Source: Myxococcota bacterium | Lineage (GTDB): Bacteria > Myxococcota > JACRCW01 | NCBI GenBank assembly: GCA_040752415.1 | Contig: JBFMGU010000184.1 | Span: forward strand, 1-21,463 | Direction: 5' to 3' | Length of the DNA stretch: 21,463 nt | Shown here: piece by piece, positions 18,581 to 21,463 of the stretch | Numbering within the stretch: position 1 is the first letter of the stretch | How the letters are laid out: the number at the start of each line of letters is the position of its first letter | Notes under the pieces: model-generated | What the model saw: the letters and a program-made list of their open reading frames with translations, nothing else | Databases searched by the model: none | What the model was told of the DNA's origin: nothing | Made by a program: the position numbers and the translations under genes

Positions 18581-18904
18581 ATGATCGGTCCGTCGCGAGG
18601 GAGGAACGCTCCAGTGCCGGTCTTGACACTCCTGGTGATGCGCTCGGTTGCCGCCGGCCAGCCCGCACCCGAGCCGGGGACGCTGCGCGTCGGCGTGGCG
18701 GGCACCGCCCCCTTCGTGCTGGACGACGCGGCCGCGCCCGGCGTCAGCGTCGAGATCTGGCAGGCCATGGCCACCGATGCGCTGGGCGCGTGCCTCTTGG
18801 GGGCCATGGGCGCTGGGCAGCGGGAGAAGCGGGGGCCGGCGTTGGCCCTGGCGCAGCCCTGCGCCTCCTTCAAGGTGGCGAGAGCGCGCCGGTCACCCGC
18901 CTGA
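18581..18904 (+). pseudogene. N-terminal fragment of a family-3 (polar amino acid) solute-binding domain protein
   Basis: TLRVGVAGTAPFVLDDAAAPGVSVEIWQAMA matches the start of SBP_bac_3-type domains; similarity is lost after ~18775. Confidence 0.55.
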
Positions 18905-19042
18905 CGCCACTCAAGATCCTGTGCGCGACCCGCGAGCGGCAGAGAAGTTCCTGCGTTTTCTCGTCGACCTGGCCGCGGAAGGGATGGCGAAGTCCCCTAC
19001 TCGGCGGAGACCCGCGCGGAGTGGCCGCAGTTCCAGAAGCTC

Positions 19043-19822
19043 ATGCGGGAGGCGCGCGCCGCCGTGCACCGACATGAGAAGCGAAGATCCAAGTTACGAA
19101 ATGAAGAACTGCGTCCGGTGCTGGGGCGACTCGAGAGTGCTCAGGACGAGTACCGCTCCACGCGCTGGGGCCTGGTGCGGACGGTCAAGAGCATGCACCT
19201 CGTGGCGGCAGAGCATGCCGTGCGCGGGCTGACGGCTCCTTTCGTCGCGGCGGAGGAAGCGTACCAGGCCGCCAAGGACCTCGCCGAGCACTACGATCCG
19301 ACCGTGCCCTTCCCGCTCAATCGGGGGTCACCGCCGGTGCTGGAGGAGATCGTCGGGTGGTGGCGCGACCACCTGGGCAAGGAGGTGGTGGCGGCGGTCG
19401 CGCAGATTGAAAAGCGTGCGGAGGCGCGCAAGTCACGGCCGCCACGACGCAAGCCGCTGCCCAAGGATGCCTTGCAGCGCGCGTTCCCGGAGTTGACGCG
19501 CTGGGTTGCGGAGCGCGGATGGATCGAGGTGGGGCACCACGACGGGTTCGAGCCCGAGCCCTCGCATGTCCGGGTCCTCGACGAAGGTGGCATGGTCTAT
19601 CAAAGCAACAAGGAGCGCTCCCTGGAGGCCGCGTTGCGGGAAGCCGAGCGCGCGCTGGCGCGGCGAAGACGACTCTACGGGAGTGACCCCGAGCAGAACC
19701 GTCCCGAGGATCCACGCGTGCAGCACCGGGGTGCGGAGGCGCGGGTCCATGGGAGGGAGTCGGTCACGCCTGGGCGGGCGCGGGCTCGTCGGCGGGGATG
19801 GCGGGCGGGCGCGGACCAATGA
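19043..19822 (+). CDS. Hypothetical protein, probably frameshift-damaged at one or both ends
   Basis: Protein-like core (FPELTRWVAERGWIEVG...VRVLDEGGMVY...SLEAALREAERAL). Protein-like sequence continues upstream in another frame, and the tail overlaps the convergent gene by 59 bp. Confidence 0.6.
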   Translation: MREARAAVHRHEKRRSKLRNEELRPVLGRLESAQDEYRSTRWGLVRTVKSMHLVAAEHAVRGLTAPFVAAEEAYQAAKDLAEHYDPTVPFPLNRGSPPVLEEIVGWWRDHLGKEVVAAVAQIEKRAEARKSRPPRRKPLPKDALQRAFPELTRWVAERGWIEVGHHDGFEPEPSHVRVLDEGGMVYQSNKERSLEAALREAERALARRRRLYGSDPEQNRPEDPRVQHRGAEARVHGRESVTPGRARARRRGWRAGADQ

Positions 19823-20264
19823 CGTCCGCCAGGATCCACAACGGCCCCACCAGCAGGTGCTCGAGGTTCTGCGCGAACGCGGGACGCTTCTTTTCCCAGA
19901 TGGCGTGCCCGGCCAGCTGGATCACCCAGCTCACCACGAACACGGCGAGGTTCGGCCAGGGACCGTACGGTCCGTCGTACTGGAACACCGGCTGCACCGC
20001 GAGCACGTACAGCCCTGGAATGACGACGAGCATGCCCAGGAACAGCCGCAGGTTGAGCGAGGCGTAGTAGCCCAGCACGCCCAGGCCCACGAGCTGGCCC
20101 AGGTTCAGCGCCACCCCGCCCACGCTCCCGAAGCGGACCCACGTCAAGAGGGCCAGGATGGAGAGCATGATGAGCGGAATGGCAACCTGGTGCGTGCGCT
20201 TGTTGCCCACGGTGCGGTGATAGCGCTGGTAGTCCACGAAGAGCGCGTGGAGTCGAGGGTTCAT
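19764..20264 (-). CDS. Mpo1-like / DUF962 membrane protein
   Basis: Y..YH...NK.THQVAIPLI, WVIQLAGHAIWEKKRPAF..NL..LLVGPLW; AGGAGG RBS before ATG 20264. Confidence 0.92.
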   Translation of the reverse strand: MNPRLHALFVDYQRYHRTVGNKRTHQVAIPLIMLSILALLTWVRFGSVGGVALNLGQLVGLGVLGYYASLNLRLFLGMLVVIPGLYVLAVQPVFQYDGPYGPWPNLAVFVVSWVIQLAGHAIWEKKRPAFAQNLEHLLVGPLWILADVIGPRPPAIPADEPAPAQA

Positions 20265-20334
20265 GGCAGGCCTCCTGCGAGGGATCCTAGACCGGACTTG
20301 CGGCGCGCGGGCAGTCTCGGGAGAACACCACCCC

Positions 20335-21414
20335 ATGGAGCTTCTGGACCAGGGTTGTGCCCTCTTGCGCGCACAGGCGCGGGTTGTCCTCGGGAAACCG
20401 TGGGACACCGCCCCACTTTCCGACGAGGAGACGCGGACGCTGGCCACGGCGCTCACGCCCCTGAGCGAAGCCCTCAACACCACCGCCGCCACCGCGCCGT
20501 ACCTGCAGGATCCCGCCACGCGCGCGGCCTACGTCGTGGGCATGGCGCCGCGCACGCTGGCCGCGGTGCTGCACGAGCTGCCACCCCTCCCCGTCGGGGC
20601 GCGCGTGTTGGACCTGGGCGCGGGCACGGGCGCGGGTGCCTTGGCCTGCGTGCTGAGCGGTGCGGCGCACGTGGCGCTGGTGGACCACGCTCCGGACGCG
20701 CTCGCCTCCGCCAAGGAGCTGCTCGGACACGCGGGCCTCTCCGACGTCACGCCGTACAACTTCCGCCTGGACACCTGGCTCAATCCGCTGCGGCGCATCC
20801 AGTTTGACCTGGTGCTGATGGCATTCTCGCTGCTGGAGGCCGCCGGTGACGACGTCACGCGAGCCACCGCGCTGCTGGTGAAGGCGGAGCGTTTCGTGTC
20901 GGAGGGCGGGCACATCCTGGTCGTCGACAGCGCCCAGAAGTCCCGTGCGCGCCTCATCAACGCGCTGCGCGAACCGCTGATGGAAGCCGGGTTCCACCTC
21001 TGGGCGCCCTGTCCGCATTCCGCCGCGTGTCCCGCGTTGGAACGCGAGCGCGACTTCTGCCACGCGGCCCGCCCGTGGGGCCTCCCCGACGACGTGGCGC
21101 AGGTGGGTGAGCGTGCCGGATTGCATCGGCATCGACTGGCCTACTCGTTCCTGCTGGTGGGGCGGAACCCGCGTCCCAGCGCGCCGCCGCCGGTGCGGGT
21201 GATTGGTGACGTCCGACGGGAGAAAGGCCGTGCCCGCGTTGCCGTGTGCGCCGAGGGTCCAGTGCGGGAGCTGGTGGCGCTGCAACGCGACCGTGCGACG
21301 TTCGAGGCGTTGCAGGAGCTGCCGAGGGGTGCGGGTTTGCGCGTGAAGGTGCCGGTGGATGCGGAGCGCACGTTGCGTGTCGTCGATCCGGGTGAGCTGA
21401 CGGAGGTGCCGTGA
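20335..21414 (+). CDS. Rsm22/METTL17-family SAM-dependent methyltransferase-like protein
   Basis: RAAY..., VLDLGAGTG SAM motif, APCPHSAACP...DFCH, AYSFL, and a later AVC. Start ATG 20335 follows GGGAG. Confidence 0.88.
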   Translation: MELLDQGCALLRAQARVVLGKPWDTAPLSDEETRTLATALTPLSEALNTTAATAPYLQDPATRAAYVVGMAPRTLAAVLHELPPLPVGARVLDLGAGTGAGALACVLSGAAHVALVDHAPDALASAKELLGHAGLSDVTPYNFRLDTWLNPLRRIQFDLVLMAFSLLEAAGDDVTRATALLVKAERFVSEGGHILVVDSAQKSRARLINALREPLMEAGFHLWAPCPHSAACPALERERDFCHAARPWGLPDDVAQVGERAGLHRHRLAYSFLLVGRNPRPSAPPPVRVIGDVRREKGRARVAVCAEGPVRELVALQRDRATFEALQELPRGAGLRVKVPVDAERTLRVVDPGELTEVP

Positions 21415-21463
21415 ACGAGCGCCTCAAGGTCGTAGACCCGCGGCGCATCACCACCCAGGCGTT
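21411..21463 (+). CDS. Probable start of the next gene, cut by the window edge
   Basis: GTGA overlap with the upstream stop; open frame MNERLKVVDPRRITTQA. Confidence 0.45.
   Translation, partial: MNERLKVVDPRRITTQA

Overview
High-GC bacterial window; gene content suggests Myxococcota, but this is inferred. The core backbone is two small membrane-protein genes, an orphan GspE/PilB-type ATPase, csbD, a MoxR AAA+ ATPase, a lipoprotein and proB-proA-rsfS, with an Mpo1/DUF962 gene and an Rsm22-family methyltransferase at the right end. An accessory region (~9.0-19.8 kb) lies between them. It holds a decayed IS91/ISCR-type rolling-circle transposase whose putative oriIS end is followed by a lower-GC three-gene cargo: an Asp-ligand metzincin protease between two secreted proteins with a TIMP/NTR-like pattern. 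After the cargo, the block [3' proA-rsfS-...-oriIS] recurs in internally deleted form (14603-15704) and is followed by a second cargo gene, a Ser-rich beta-propeller lipoprotein. This resembles ISCR1 complex-integron gene capture, but here the anchor is the housekeeping proA-rsfS locus. Non-coding features include a 293-bp REPIN-like inverted repeat, a ~101-bp tandem repeat and a 21/42-bp degenerate repeat. All family calls are by eye from motifs; no searches were run.
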